Source of the DNA: an uncultured Candidatus Saccharimonas sp.
Lineage (GTDB): Bacteria > Patescibacteriota > Saccharimonadia > Saccharimonadales > OMJO01
DNA length: 64,000 nucleotides
Direction of reading: 5' to 3'
NCBI GenBank assembly: GCA_943353165.1
Contig: CALRAM010000001.1
Coordinates: 45,483-109,482 of the forward strand
The notes beneath the pieces were generated by a model. The model saw only the letters and a list, made by a program, of their open reading frames with translations. It ran no database searches and was not told where the DNA came from. A program made the position numbers and the translations under genes. Of the stretch, positions 21,801 through 28,467 are shown piece after piece. The number at the start of each line of letters is the position of its first letter. Within the stretch, counting starts at the first letter, position 1.

Positions 21801-21856
21801 GTGACAAAAGAGTTCTTAGACCGCCGTAAGCCTTTTCTTTGAGGTGCTCTCTTCAT
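18833..21856 (-). CDS. class A penicillin-binding protein (PBP1A-type transglycosylase/transpeptidase) with long Ser/Thr/Cys-rich C-terminal extension
   Basis: GT51 motifs GGSTITQQLV and RKLKE; transpeptidase SSIKP and KTGTTND; N-terminal cytoplasmic tail plus TM; about 350 extra C-terminal residues. Confidence 0.85.
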   Translation of the reverse strand: MKRAPQRKGLRRSKNSFVTKKGQTIKFKQTMFSKYKATKEVISVQKAKRLSGLPKSRIKRLFYHMNPKRMYHYWFSKEGGVMTLKITGYGIIFGFVLLIGLFAYFRKDLSNITDISGTNIGGSVLYYDKTGQTLLWEDVDGVKRIPVKGSEISNYMKQATVAVEDKDFFNHGGFDVRGILRAGINDVLHIGGTKQGGSTITQQLVRLTAEGVGNEQTITRKLKELVLSVEYERSYNKDEILTGYLNAAPYGGIEYGVQAAANNYFNKSAKDLTLDEAAMLAAIPKSPGVYSKYSDNFRKDSLVGRQSYILDQMVGENMITKKQAEEAKKVDTVAKIQLRPTHYAGIKAPYFVLAAKSELEIQFGAKMVRQGGWKVTTTLDMALQTKAEELVSSNLKNSSRYKGDSQALVAEDVETGQIVSLVGGSDFNNPVYGNINYAHSAFIPPGSSIKPYDYATLIENGTNVGAGSVLYDSATNLPGYPCPGKCLTDYDKLQPGPITLRYALGGSRNIPAVKAMLLALPNDKSNGKIDSINKTISTIDAMMYNPNNPHTYKCYKPGTDINNSTAEDESQCYGASAIGDGAFLHLDDHVNGFSTLARLGSAIPRTYILKITDAGNKTIFQWKKPKATQPLRPDTAYIVNDMASDPNASYLPGSFYKFHRQKNGWNFAVKTGTTNDGYDGLMASWSTKYAVVTWVGNHTRTVTLGTSMEILTTPLAKGWMEYAHANLKPVNWTKPVGVKTLPAFVVRNHINHGSVEPSPENDLYPSWYVPKTAISTNQSIDSISNKLASSCTPELAKKTVTGGSALIFSIDQFVTGSNAITDSSSSDDVHHCDDIKPAINIAANDPTCSSTCNITVSVTQGTHPLSSATIKGTINILIDGQIVQSSNTDISGSIPIAFTYNGTGNKSVTAQIIDSVLYDSSSSAVTINFTNDTITLDVTPVSPGPNNYKFTWNYITSGSPYQICKSSNSTPLTCSTGTTGAISALSGSNKKAYIKADNGVQSPIVSF

Positions 21857-21972
21857 TTTGCTCGTAATCTCCTTGTGCGATAATCCGCACGCTGTTATCT
21901 ATATTATGCTTATTTATTATAGCAAGAAAAACAATGAAAACTCATAATTTTCCGTAGTACTGCATAATGGTC

Positions 21973-21978
21973 TATAAT
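21973..21978 (+). promoter_or_regulatory. -10 box TATAAT about 8 nt upstream of the tyrS ATG (leaderless-type)
   Basis: GGTCTATAATTATACATT then ATG at 21987; no SD. Confidence 0.35.
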
Positions 21979-21986
21979 TATACATT

Positions 21987-23228
21987 ATGGCTAATATGAA
22001 ATTATCAGACGAACTAGTGTGGCGTGGTTTTAATAACCAAACAACTTTTAGCGACATAACAGAGCTAGACAAGAAAAAATACAAACTATATTTTGGAGTT
22101 GATCCCAGTGCAGATTCTATGCAAGCAGGCAACCTAGCTAGCGCAATGATGGTACGCGTATTTATCGCACACGGTCATGAAGCGACTTTGCTAATCGGTG
22201 GCGCTACGGGCTTGATTGGTGATCCTACCGACAAAGCTAAAGAACGAGACCTGCAGGACCCCCAAGTCGTTGCCAGTAACGTCCAAAAAATTGTCAAACA
22301 ATACCACAATTTATACGGTCAAAAAATCAGGATAGTTAACAACCAGGACTGGTTTAAAGGTATTGGATACATAGACTTTTTGCGTGAAGTAGGCGTACAT
22401 TTTAGCCTGACCCCGTTGCTACAAAGAGATTACGTTACATCTCGAATAGGAGCAGACGGCTCTGGTATGAGCTATGCAGAGTTTAGCTACAGTCTTATCC
22501 AGGGTTACGATTTCTATCATTTAAACAAAGTTTACGACATAGATTTACAGGTTTGTGGCTCTGACCAATGGGGCAATAGTATTTCTGGAGTTGATTTGAT
22601 ACGTCGCAAAGCCGGCAAAACAGCCCACATTTACTCTGCTCCCCTGATTATAAACAAAACTAGCGGTGTTAAATTTGGAAAGAGCGAATCGGGTGCTATT
22701 TGGCTAGATGAGCAAAAAACTAGTGTATTCAAATTTTATCAGTTTTGGTTAAATACCGACGATGAATCTGTTGCAGATTATCTAAAAATATTTACAGACA
22801 TATCAATAGATAAATTTACAGAAGTAATGAAAGATTTTGAATCAAACAAATCATCCAGATCGGCGCAAAAGATGTTAGCGATTGAAGTCACTAATATTGT
22901 TCACGGCAAAGACAGGACAAAAACTGTTCAGAAAGTTTGCGATACTCTTTTTGGAGACTCAGATTTCCTGAGTTTAGGCAAAAAAGAGATTGAAATTTTA
23001 AAAGAAGAAATAAACTTTTGCAAAATAAACAACGTAGAATCGTTGCCTGCAGTAATCAATCACTGCGGATTGTCTGTATCAAACTCTGAAGCAGCCCGTT
23101 TCATAGAAGCAGGGTCTATTTCTGTTAATGGCAAAAAAATCTTTCCTTCAGATGAAAACCCTTTTGCCAAAGGGTACAATCTAATCAAAAGAGGCAAAAA
23201 TAATTTTGCAATCATGGAATACAAATAA
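21987..23228 (+). CDS. tyrS: tyrosyl-tRNA synthetase
   Basis: Class I aaRS with KFGKSESG (KMSKS-type) motif, Tyr-binding region and a C-terminal S4-like domain. Confidence 0.9.
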   Translation: MANMKLSDELVWRGFNNQTTFSDITELDKKKYKLYFGVDPSADSMQAGNLASAMMVRVFIAHGHEATLLIGGATGLIGDPTDKAKERDLQDPQVVASNVQKIVKQYHNLYGQKIRIVNNQDWFKGIGYIDFLREVGVHFSLTPLLQRDYVTSRIGADGSGMSYAEFSYSLIQGYDFYHLNKVYDIDLQVCGSDQWGNSISGVDLIRRKAGKTAHIYSAPLIINKTSGVKFGKSESGAIWLDEQKTSVFKFYQFWLNTDDESVADYLKIFTDISIDKFTEVMKDFESNKSSRSAQKMLAIEVTNIVHGKDRTKTVQKVCDTLFGDSDFLSLGKKEIEILKEEINFCKINNVESLPAVINHCGLSVSNSEAARFIEAGSISVNGKKIFPSDENPFAKGYNLIKRGKNNFAIMEYK

Positions 23229-23249
23229 CTGGTATAATCTATTTTAGTA

Positions 23250-24026
23250 ATGACAAAACAAACAGAAACAATTCGTAGAAAAGCAGATTATTATAACGAC
23301 GAGAGTTGGAATTATCTACATTATTGGGATGGACGTGACTACGAACACGCTGCCGAAGAAATAGCCATTACAAAATTAATCAAGGGCAAACATTTCAAAA
23401 ATGCGGTTGATGTTGGTGGAGGCTATGGTAGGCTTTGTATTTTATTAGAACATTTTGCCGATAATGTAACTCTAGCCGAACCTTCACAGCAACAAATAGA
23501 TATAGCCAAAGATTTTTTAAAAGACCACCCCAAAATCAACAGAACACTGATGCAAGCCGGAGATCTCAAGTTTGATGATGGCTCAGTAGATTTATTGACA
23601 ATGGTTCGAGTAATGCACCATTTGCCAGATCCTGCCCCAGAATTCAAAGAAATAAGTAGGGTTTTAGCTGATGACGGCTATCTAGTTCTGGAAGTTGCTA
23701 ATTATTCGCATGCCAGAAATAGAATAAAACATCTGTTAAAACTTCAGAAAATGCCAAAAACACCTGTAGACATCAGATCAAAAGAAACAATCGAAAAGGG
23801 TGAAATAGCGTTCGTAAACCACAATCCTAGTACAGTCATAAAACAACTGGCGCACGCTGGGCTAAAAGTTGAAAAAACTTTGTCTGTATCAAACTTGCGT
23901 AGTCCAGGATTAAAGAAATATGTATCCAAAAAAACTATGTTGGTCATAGAAAAGGCCCTCCAACAACCATTAGCAAAGAGTTATTTTGGTCCAAGTGTTT
24001 TTTTCTTGGTCAAGAAAGCCAAATAG
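23250..24026 (+). CDS. class I SAM-dependent methyltransferase
   Basis: Motif I VDVGGGYGRLCILL, motif post-I and an acidic loop (LLTMVRVMHHL). Confidence 0.75.
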   Translation: MTKQTETIRRKADYYNDESWNYLHYWDGRDYEHAAEEIAITKLIKGKHFKNAVDVGGGYGRLCILLEHFADNVTLAEPSQQQIDIAKDFLKDHPKINRTLMQAGDLKFDDGSVDLLTMVRVMHHLPDPAPEFKEISRVLADDGYLVLEVANYSHARNRIKHLLKLQKMPKTPVDIRSKETIEKGEIAFVNHNPSTVIKQLAHAGLKVEKTLSVSNLRSPGLKKYVSKKTMLVIEKALQQPLAKSYFGPSVFFLVKKAK

Positions 24027-24263
24027 TTATATATCTTTTTTGAAGGACGGAGATTCTGCAGTACTAGGTTCATCGTCAACTTTGTGCAAAAAAGTTTCAT
24101 ATTCTGTATCAGGCTCAAGTGTTATATCCCCGAATAGATATATGTTTGTATTACGAAGAGTTTTAGACATAAAATCTACAATCCTGTGGTACCTTGATTT
24201 TTCGGCTGGGTTTTCGGGTAAGTTTGGCACTAATTCCATGTTGTCATCATTCCATACTTGCAT
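24027..24263 (-). CDS. small acidic hypothetical protein
   Basis: 78-aa ORF with a non-repetitive, acidic composition. The fully overlapping + strand ORF is Ser-rich and looks spurious. Weak call. Confidence 0.3.
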   Translation of the reverse strand: MQVWNDDNMELVPNLPENPAEKSRYHRIVDFMSKTLRNTNIYLFGDITLEPDTEYETFLHKVDDEPSTAESPSFKKDI

Positions 24264-24323
24264 ATTTATGTAAATGGCCTTGAATTTTTACTATAAAACA
24301 AAAGCTAATCTATAATAAGCCGT

Positions 24324-26360
24324 ATGAATGCTGATAAAACGATTTCTAGTTTAAAAGGTGTTGGTCCAGAAACCAACAAAAAACTACAAATATTAGGTAT
24401 AGAAAATGTTAGCGATTTGCTACACAACTACCCACGGCGATACGATGATTACTCAGAAATTTCTAGTATAGAAAATATAACTCCCGGCTTAGTAACCCTT
24501 AGAGCTTTAATTAAAAATACTACAGGCAGATACGTAGGCAGGGGTATGCATATAACTGAATCAATAGCAGTCGACAAGACTAGCTCTGTCAGATTGGTGT
24601 GGTTTAACCAGCCATACCGAGAGAAGTCGATACTCCCTGGTGTTGAATACTTTATTTCTGGAGAATTTGCCTTGCGCAACCAACGATTATGCGTACAGAA
24701 CCCAACCATAGAGCGTGCCGATAGCTTCAATCTAAACACAGCTAGGATAGTCCCAATATACAAAGAAACAAAAGGCTTAAAATCTAGCCAGATCAGGAAA
24801 CTAGTTAAACAAAATATTCCAAACATAAAAATACTCCCAGAAACTCTACCAGCCTGGTTGATAAAAAAAGAAAAACTTTTTTCCAGGTCACAAGCTATAT
24901 TGGCCATGCATTTTCCGGAATCGCCAGAACTACTCGAAAAAGCGAAAAAAAGAATAGGTTTCGAAGAAGTTTTCGAGCTTACTCTGGCAGCCCTGATGAA
25001 CAAAAAAGATTTGGCTGGAGAACACGCACTAAATATTTTGTTTGACAAAGATTTGGCCAAAAACTTCGTGGACCACCTACCTTTTAAACTTACAGATTCA
25101 CAAAAGAAAACAGTTTGGCAAGTATATAAGGATATGGAGCGCGAACAGCCCATGAATAGATTGATTGAAGGTGATGTTGGTAGTGGCAAAACTATCGTGG
25201 CAGTCATGGCGGCAGTCATGGCCATAAAACAAGGATTTCAAGTAGCTTTTATGGCACCAACAGAACTACTAGCTCGACAGCACGCTGACACTATTTGTGA
25301 ACTTTTGAAGCCCTTAGGTATGGAGGATAAACTAGGTTTGTTGTTGGGTAGCCTAAAACCTGCGCAGAAAACACAGTTACATGCAGCGATAGGGTCTGGT
25401 AAAATCCAGTTCATTGTTGGTACGCATGCTCTAATTTCTGAAAAAGTTATTATGCACAGTTTAGGCCTGATAATTATTGATGAACAACATCGTTTTGGAG
25501 TTCAGCAAAGAAAAAAATTACAATCAAAAGCGGGATATATGCCGCACGTTATGAGCATGACAGCAACACCAATCCCGCGGAGTTTGGCATTGACACTTTA
25601 CGGAGAAATGGATATTTCCGTCATAGACGCAAAGCCACCCGGAAGGCTACCAATTAAAACTACTATTTGCTCTCCAAATTCTAGGCCTCAGTTGTACGAA
25701 CAAATAGATAAACAGCTAGCAAGTGGTAGGCAAATGTTTGTGGTGTGCCCTCTGATTGTTCAGAGCGATATGTTGTCCGCAGAATCCGTTGAAAATGTAT
25801 TTAGTAATTTAAAGAGTACAGTATTTAAACACCGTCAAATTGGTATTTTGCATGGCAAGATGAAAGCAGAAGAAAAGGAAAATACAATGAAGCTGTTTGT
25901 AAACGGTAAATTAGATATTTTGGTTTCTACGACTGTTGTAGAGGTTGGAGTAAATGTCCCCAACGCTACAGTCATGTTGATAGAAAATGCCGAGAGATTT
26001 GGCTTGGCTCAGATACACCAACTGCGCGGTAGAGTTGGTCGAAGCTCGCACCAAGGCCACTGCTACCTTATGATGGGCGATAGTTCTAGGCCTAGCAGGC
26101 GAATTCGCGCATTAGAAAAAAACAGTGACGGTTTTGCCTTAGCAGAATTAGATTTAGAAATTCGTGGTCCAGGAGCTATCTATGGAACGATGCAACATGG
26201 AGCTTTAGACCTAAGGGTTGCCAAGTTGACAGATATCAAAATGATAGCTTCTGCGCGTAACGCAGCGCAAGAATTCATAGATAGTGGAGAAAGTTTGCTA
26301 CAATACAATCATCTAAGTGGGCGCATATCAATCTTAAGGTCTGTAACAAATTTGAACTAA
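24324..26360 (+). CDS. recG: ATP-dependent DNA helicase RecG
   Basis: Wedge/OB N-terminus, helicase motif I GDVGSGKT, DEQH, and motif VI QLRGRVGR. Confidence 0.9.
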   Translation: MNADKTISSLKGVGPETNKKLQILGIENVSDLLHNYPRRYDDYSEISSIENITPGLVTLRALIKNTTGRYVGRGMHITESIAVDKTSSVRLVWFNQPYREKSILPGVEYFISGEFALRNQRLCVQNPTIERADSFNLNTARIVPIYKETKGLKSSQIRKLVKQNIPNIKILPETLPAWLIKKEKLFSRSQAILAMHFPESPELLEKAKKRIGFEEVFELTLAALMNKKDLAGEHALNILFDKDLAKNFVDHLPFKLTDSQKKTVWQVYKDMEREQPMNRLIEGDVGSGKTIVAVMAAVMAIKQGFQVAFMAPTELLARQHADTICELLKPLGMEDKLGLLLGSLKPAQKTQLHAAIGSGKIQFIVGTHALISEKVIMHSLGLIIIDEQHRFGVQQRKKLQSKAGYMPHVMSMTATPIPRSLALTLYGEMDISVIDAKPPGRLPIKTTICSPNSRPQLYEQIDKQLASGRQMFVVCPLIVQSDMLSAESVENVFSNLKSTVFKHRQIGILHGKMKAEEKENTMKLFVNGKLDILVSTTVVEVGVNVPNATVMLIENAERFGLAQIHQLRGRVGRSSHQGHCYLMMGDSSRPSRRIRALEKNSDGFALAELDLEIRGPGAIYGTMQHGALDLRVAKLTDIKMIASARNAAQEFIDSGESLLQYNHLSGRISILRSVTNLN

Positions 26361-26363
26361 AAT

Positions 26364-27182
26364 ATGTATAGCGGTACAACATTAAATAAAACATCTGGTC
26401 GTATTCTAGGTACACACCAAAAAATAGACAGAGTAGCTCGAAAGCATTTGTCTGTTATTTTAGAAGATAACAACGTTTTTCCTAAAGCAAACGCCATACT
26501 GCATTTTGAAGGCAAAAATGGCCCCGATGGCATCAAACGCAAGAGTCCCGCAAAGGACGAGCTGTGGCACTATTATAGTCCTTTTGACGACGATGATTCG
26601 GCCTTGCTAGATCTGATAAGAAACCATTACGACAAATTAGTCACAGAACTGCGTGCAAATAACGTTGAGCGAGTAGCATTCGAAGCTGCCTGGCTGTCCC
26701 ACGCTTTGGTTGACGGCCTAACGCCTGCGCATCATTACCCATATGAAGAAAAACTTTCCGAACTAAGGGGAGGCGAAGGTATGGAAAGCCGTGATTCTGT
26801 AAAAGATAAACTAATAATGCCAGGCAATACGCGTAGACAAAAGGTCAAAAACAATTGGAAAATGTGGGGACCAAAAGGATTGTTTACTACTCATGGTTTA
26901 TTCGAGATGGGTGTGGCCACAATTATGGCACCACTGGCCATGAAGGATGCAATGCCAACCGAATCTGATATAAATGAGCTTCTAGATATAGGCCTGTTAG
27001 AACGTTTTAAGAGAACAGCCAGAGAAATCGCAGTTTTAGATATGTACCATAATTATTATAAAAAAGGTTGGACACCCAAGTTTGCACACCAGGTTCGTCA
27101 TCAACTGGGCCCTGTAATAGTTAAAACAGTAACATTAGCATGGTATAGCGCCTTGATTGACGCCGGCAAAGTTAACAAATGA
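26364..27182 (+). CDS. hypothetical protein (His-rich putative metal-binding motifs)
   Basis: 272 aa. No confidently recognisable family; AWLSHALVDGLTPAHHYPYEE segment. Confidence 0.45.
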   Translation: MYSGTTLNKTSGRILGTHQKIDRVARKHLSVILEDNNVFPKANAILHFEGKNGPDGIKRKSPAKDELWHYYSPFDDDDSALLDLIRNHYDKLVTELRANNVERVAFEAAWLSHALVDGLTPAHHYPYEEKLSELRGGEGMESRDSVKDKLIMPGNTRRQKVKNNWKMWGPKGLFTTHGLFEMGVATIMAPLAMKDAMPTESDINELLDIGLLERFKRTAREIAVLDMYHNYYKKGWTPKFAHQVRHQLGPVIVKTVTLAWYSALIDAGKVNK

Positions 27183-27709
27183 GAGTAATTTCAGGATCTT
27201 TGGGTGGCCAAAATTTTGAATCTCCTCATGGCCATAGAACTCATCCCATGAGCGACAAAATACGCGGTGCCATTTTTGGTGTATTAGGAGATATTAGCGG
27301 CTGTAGCGTGTTGGACGCTTTTTCTGGTAGCGGAGCTTTAGCCATAGAAGCCATCAGTAGAGGATCGTCTAGCGCTGTAGCCGTAGAAGTTGATGCTGGC
27401 GCACACGCTATAATAGTCAAAAACATCCAAAAGCTTGGAATAGAAAAAAAAGTTAAAGTTGTTCGGGCATTTGTAAATGCCTGGTCCACTAGGCATCAGG
27501 ACCAGTTATTTGACATTATCTTTGCAGATCCACCATACGACAATATCCCATATCGCGATCTTAAATTTTTAGCCAGACACCTAAAGCCAACCGGCACACT
27601 GGTATTGTCTTGGCCTGGCAAAGCAGATGTATACTATATTCCCGAACTAATTGAAGTTCAGATCAAAAAATACGGCGATGCCCAGCTAATATTTTATAAA
27701 TATGCATAA
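27179..27709 (+). CDS. rsmD: 16S rRNA (guanine966-N2)-methyltransferase RsmD
   Basis: VLDAFSGSGALAIEAISRG and the DPPY motif (FADPPYD). Confidence 0.85.
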   Translation: MRVISGSLGGQNFESPHGHRTHPMSDKIRGAIFGVLGDISGCSVLDAFSGSGALAIEAISRGSSSAVAVEVDAGAHAIIVKNIQKLGIEKKVKVVRAFVNAWSTRHQDQLFDIIFADPPYDNIPYRDLKFLARHLKPTGTLVLSWPGKADVYYIPELIEVQIKKYGDAQLIFYKYA

Positions 27710-27789
27710 TCATATTTTACTAATTACGCAAAATTTAGTACAATAACAGAGTGGTATAAGGAAAAAACATATGGATCTGTCGTATGTTA

Positions 27790-27830
27790 TGCGGACGACC
27801 GTGGCTGAAGGTTCATCCTATACGCCAAGT
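27790..27830 (+). pseudogene. degenerate tRNA-Leu relic (acceptor/D 5' 14 nt fused to a T-arm-like segment)
   Basis: GCGGACGACCGTGG matches the tRNA 5' end. The following CTGAAGGTTCATCC resembles the T-arm GTGAAGGTTCAAGTCC. Confidence 0.3.
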
Positions 27831-27850
27831 ACGATACAATTTATAATTAC

Positions 27851-27890
27851 GCGGACGATCGTGGAATTGGTAGACACGCTAGCCTTAGGA
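27851..27890 (+). pseudogene. tRNA-Leu 5' half (acceptor through anticodon loop) lacking a matching 3' half
   Basis: GCGGACGATCGTGGAATTGGTAGACACGCTAGCCTTAGGAG is 38/40 identical to the 5' 40 nt of the intact tRNA-Leu, then diverges into repeat copy 1. Confidence 0.5.
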
Positions 27891-27998
27891 GTGAAACCCG
27901 CCTGTGGCGGGTTGCAAGGTCGGAAGCCTGGATTGCGCAAGCAACCAAGCTGAGACGGGGTCGCAACCGATTGGACTATGTCCAATAGGATTGTGACA
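27891..27998 (+). repeat. structured GC-rich repeat, copy 1 (core CCCGCCTGTGGCGGGTTGCAAGG plus nested hairpins)
   Basis: Shares the 23-nt core hairpin with copies 2-5. Has a GGTCGCAA...TTGTGACA stem with an extra inserted hairpin ATTGGAC-TAT-GTCCAAT. Confidence 0.6.
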
Positions 27999-28131
27999 GT
28001 GCCGCAAGGCGTGAAGGAGAGACCCGCCTGTGGCGGGTCGCAAGGTAGACAACTCTTGCGAACTGGTTTGCAAAGATGTTGCTACGGGGTCGCTGAAAGT
28101 GACCAAGTCCTTTTCAAAAGCCTCTTGAACC
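27999..28131 (+). repeat. structured repeat, copy 2 (tRNA-Leu variable-arm-like 5' box GTGCCGCAAGGCGTGAAGG plus three hairpins)
   Basis: GCGTGAAGG-AGAGACCCGCCTGTGGCGGGTCGCAAGG; hairpin 2 CAACTCTTGCGAAC-TGG-TTTGCAAAGATGTTG; hairpin 3 GGTCGCT-GAAA-GTGACC. Confidence 0.6.
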
Positions 28132-28151
28132 TTCATAATATTATACAGTGC

Positions 28152-28236
28152 GCGGATGTGGTGGAATTGGTAGACACGCTAGCCTTAGGAGCTAGTGCCG
28201 CAAGGCGTGAAGGTTCAAGTCCTTTCATCCGCACCA
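28152..28236 (+). tRNA. tRNA-Leu(TAG), class II with long variable arm and encoded CCA
   Basis: Acceptor GCGGATG/CATCCGC; anticodon stem CTAGC/GCTAG with loop CTTAGGA; variable arm GCCGCAAGGCG; T-arm GAAGG-TTCAAGT-CCTTT; 3' ACCA. Confidence 0.85.
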
Positions 28237-28245
28237 ATCAAAAAA

Positions 28246-28268
28246 TGCTCTCTTTTGAGAGCTTTTTT
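28246..28268 (+). terminator. intrinsic terminator after tRNA-Leu
   Basis: GCTCTC-TTTT-GAGAGC followed by TTTTTTT. Confidence 0.6.
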
Positions 28269-28286
28269 TGATTTGTTCTGGAAGGT

Positions 28287-28422
28287 CTTGAACCAAACCC
28301 TAAGGCGTGAAGGCGAGAGCCGCCTGTGGCGGGTTGCAGGGAAACCTTTCAGATTATCTACTTGTTGATAGTATGAAAGTTTTGGGGTCGCGGAACGTGA
28401 CCAAGTCCTTTCATCCGCACCA
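28287..28422 (+). repeat. structured repeat, copy 3, ending in an exact tRNA-Leu 3' end (AAGTCCTTTCATCCGCACCA)
   Basis: CTTGAACC...CCTAAGGCGTGAAGG-CGAGAGCCGCCTGTGGCGGGTTGCAGGG; hairpin 2; GGTCGCG-GAA-CGTGACC; then a 20-nt exact match to the tRNA 3' terminus. Confidence 0.65.
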
Positions 28423-28428
28423 AAACAA

Positions 28429-28455
28429 GTGACCCCGAAAGGGGTCTTTTGTTTT
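28429..28455 (+). terminator. intrinsic terminator after repeat copy 3
   Basis: GACCCC-GAAA-GGGGTC followed by TTTTGTTTT. Confidence 0.5.
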
Positions 28456-28467
28456 GGTGGTCGAAAT

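Noticed and set aside
27851-28131. tRNA-Leu gene interrupted by a group I intron (as in cyanobacterial tRNA-Leu(UAA))
   Set aside because: The intervening segments are only about 90-110 nt and lack P/Q/R/S-type conserved elements. The insertion points differ between copies (after the anticodon loop versus in the T-loop). The upstream 5' half has no compatible 3' acceptor strand downstream.
27771-28271. Three ORFs from the six-frame track (27771-27953 +, 27885-28136 -, 27978-28271 +) lying over the tRNA/repeat field
   Set aside because: They run through the tRNA-Leu gene, tRNA fragments and GC-rich hairpin repeats. Their composition is driven by the repeats (Gly/Arg/Ala-rich), with no start context or recognisable domain. 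Treated as non-coding.
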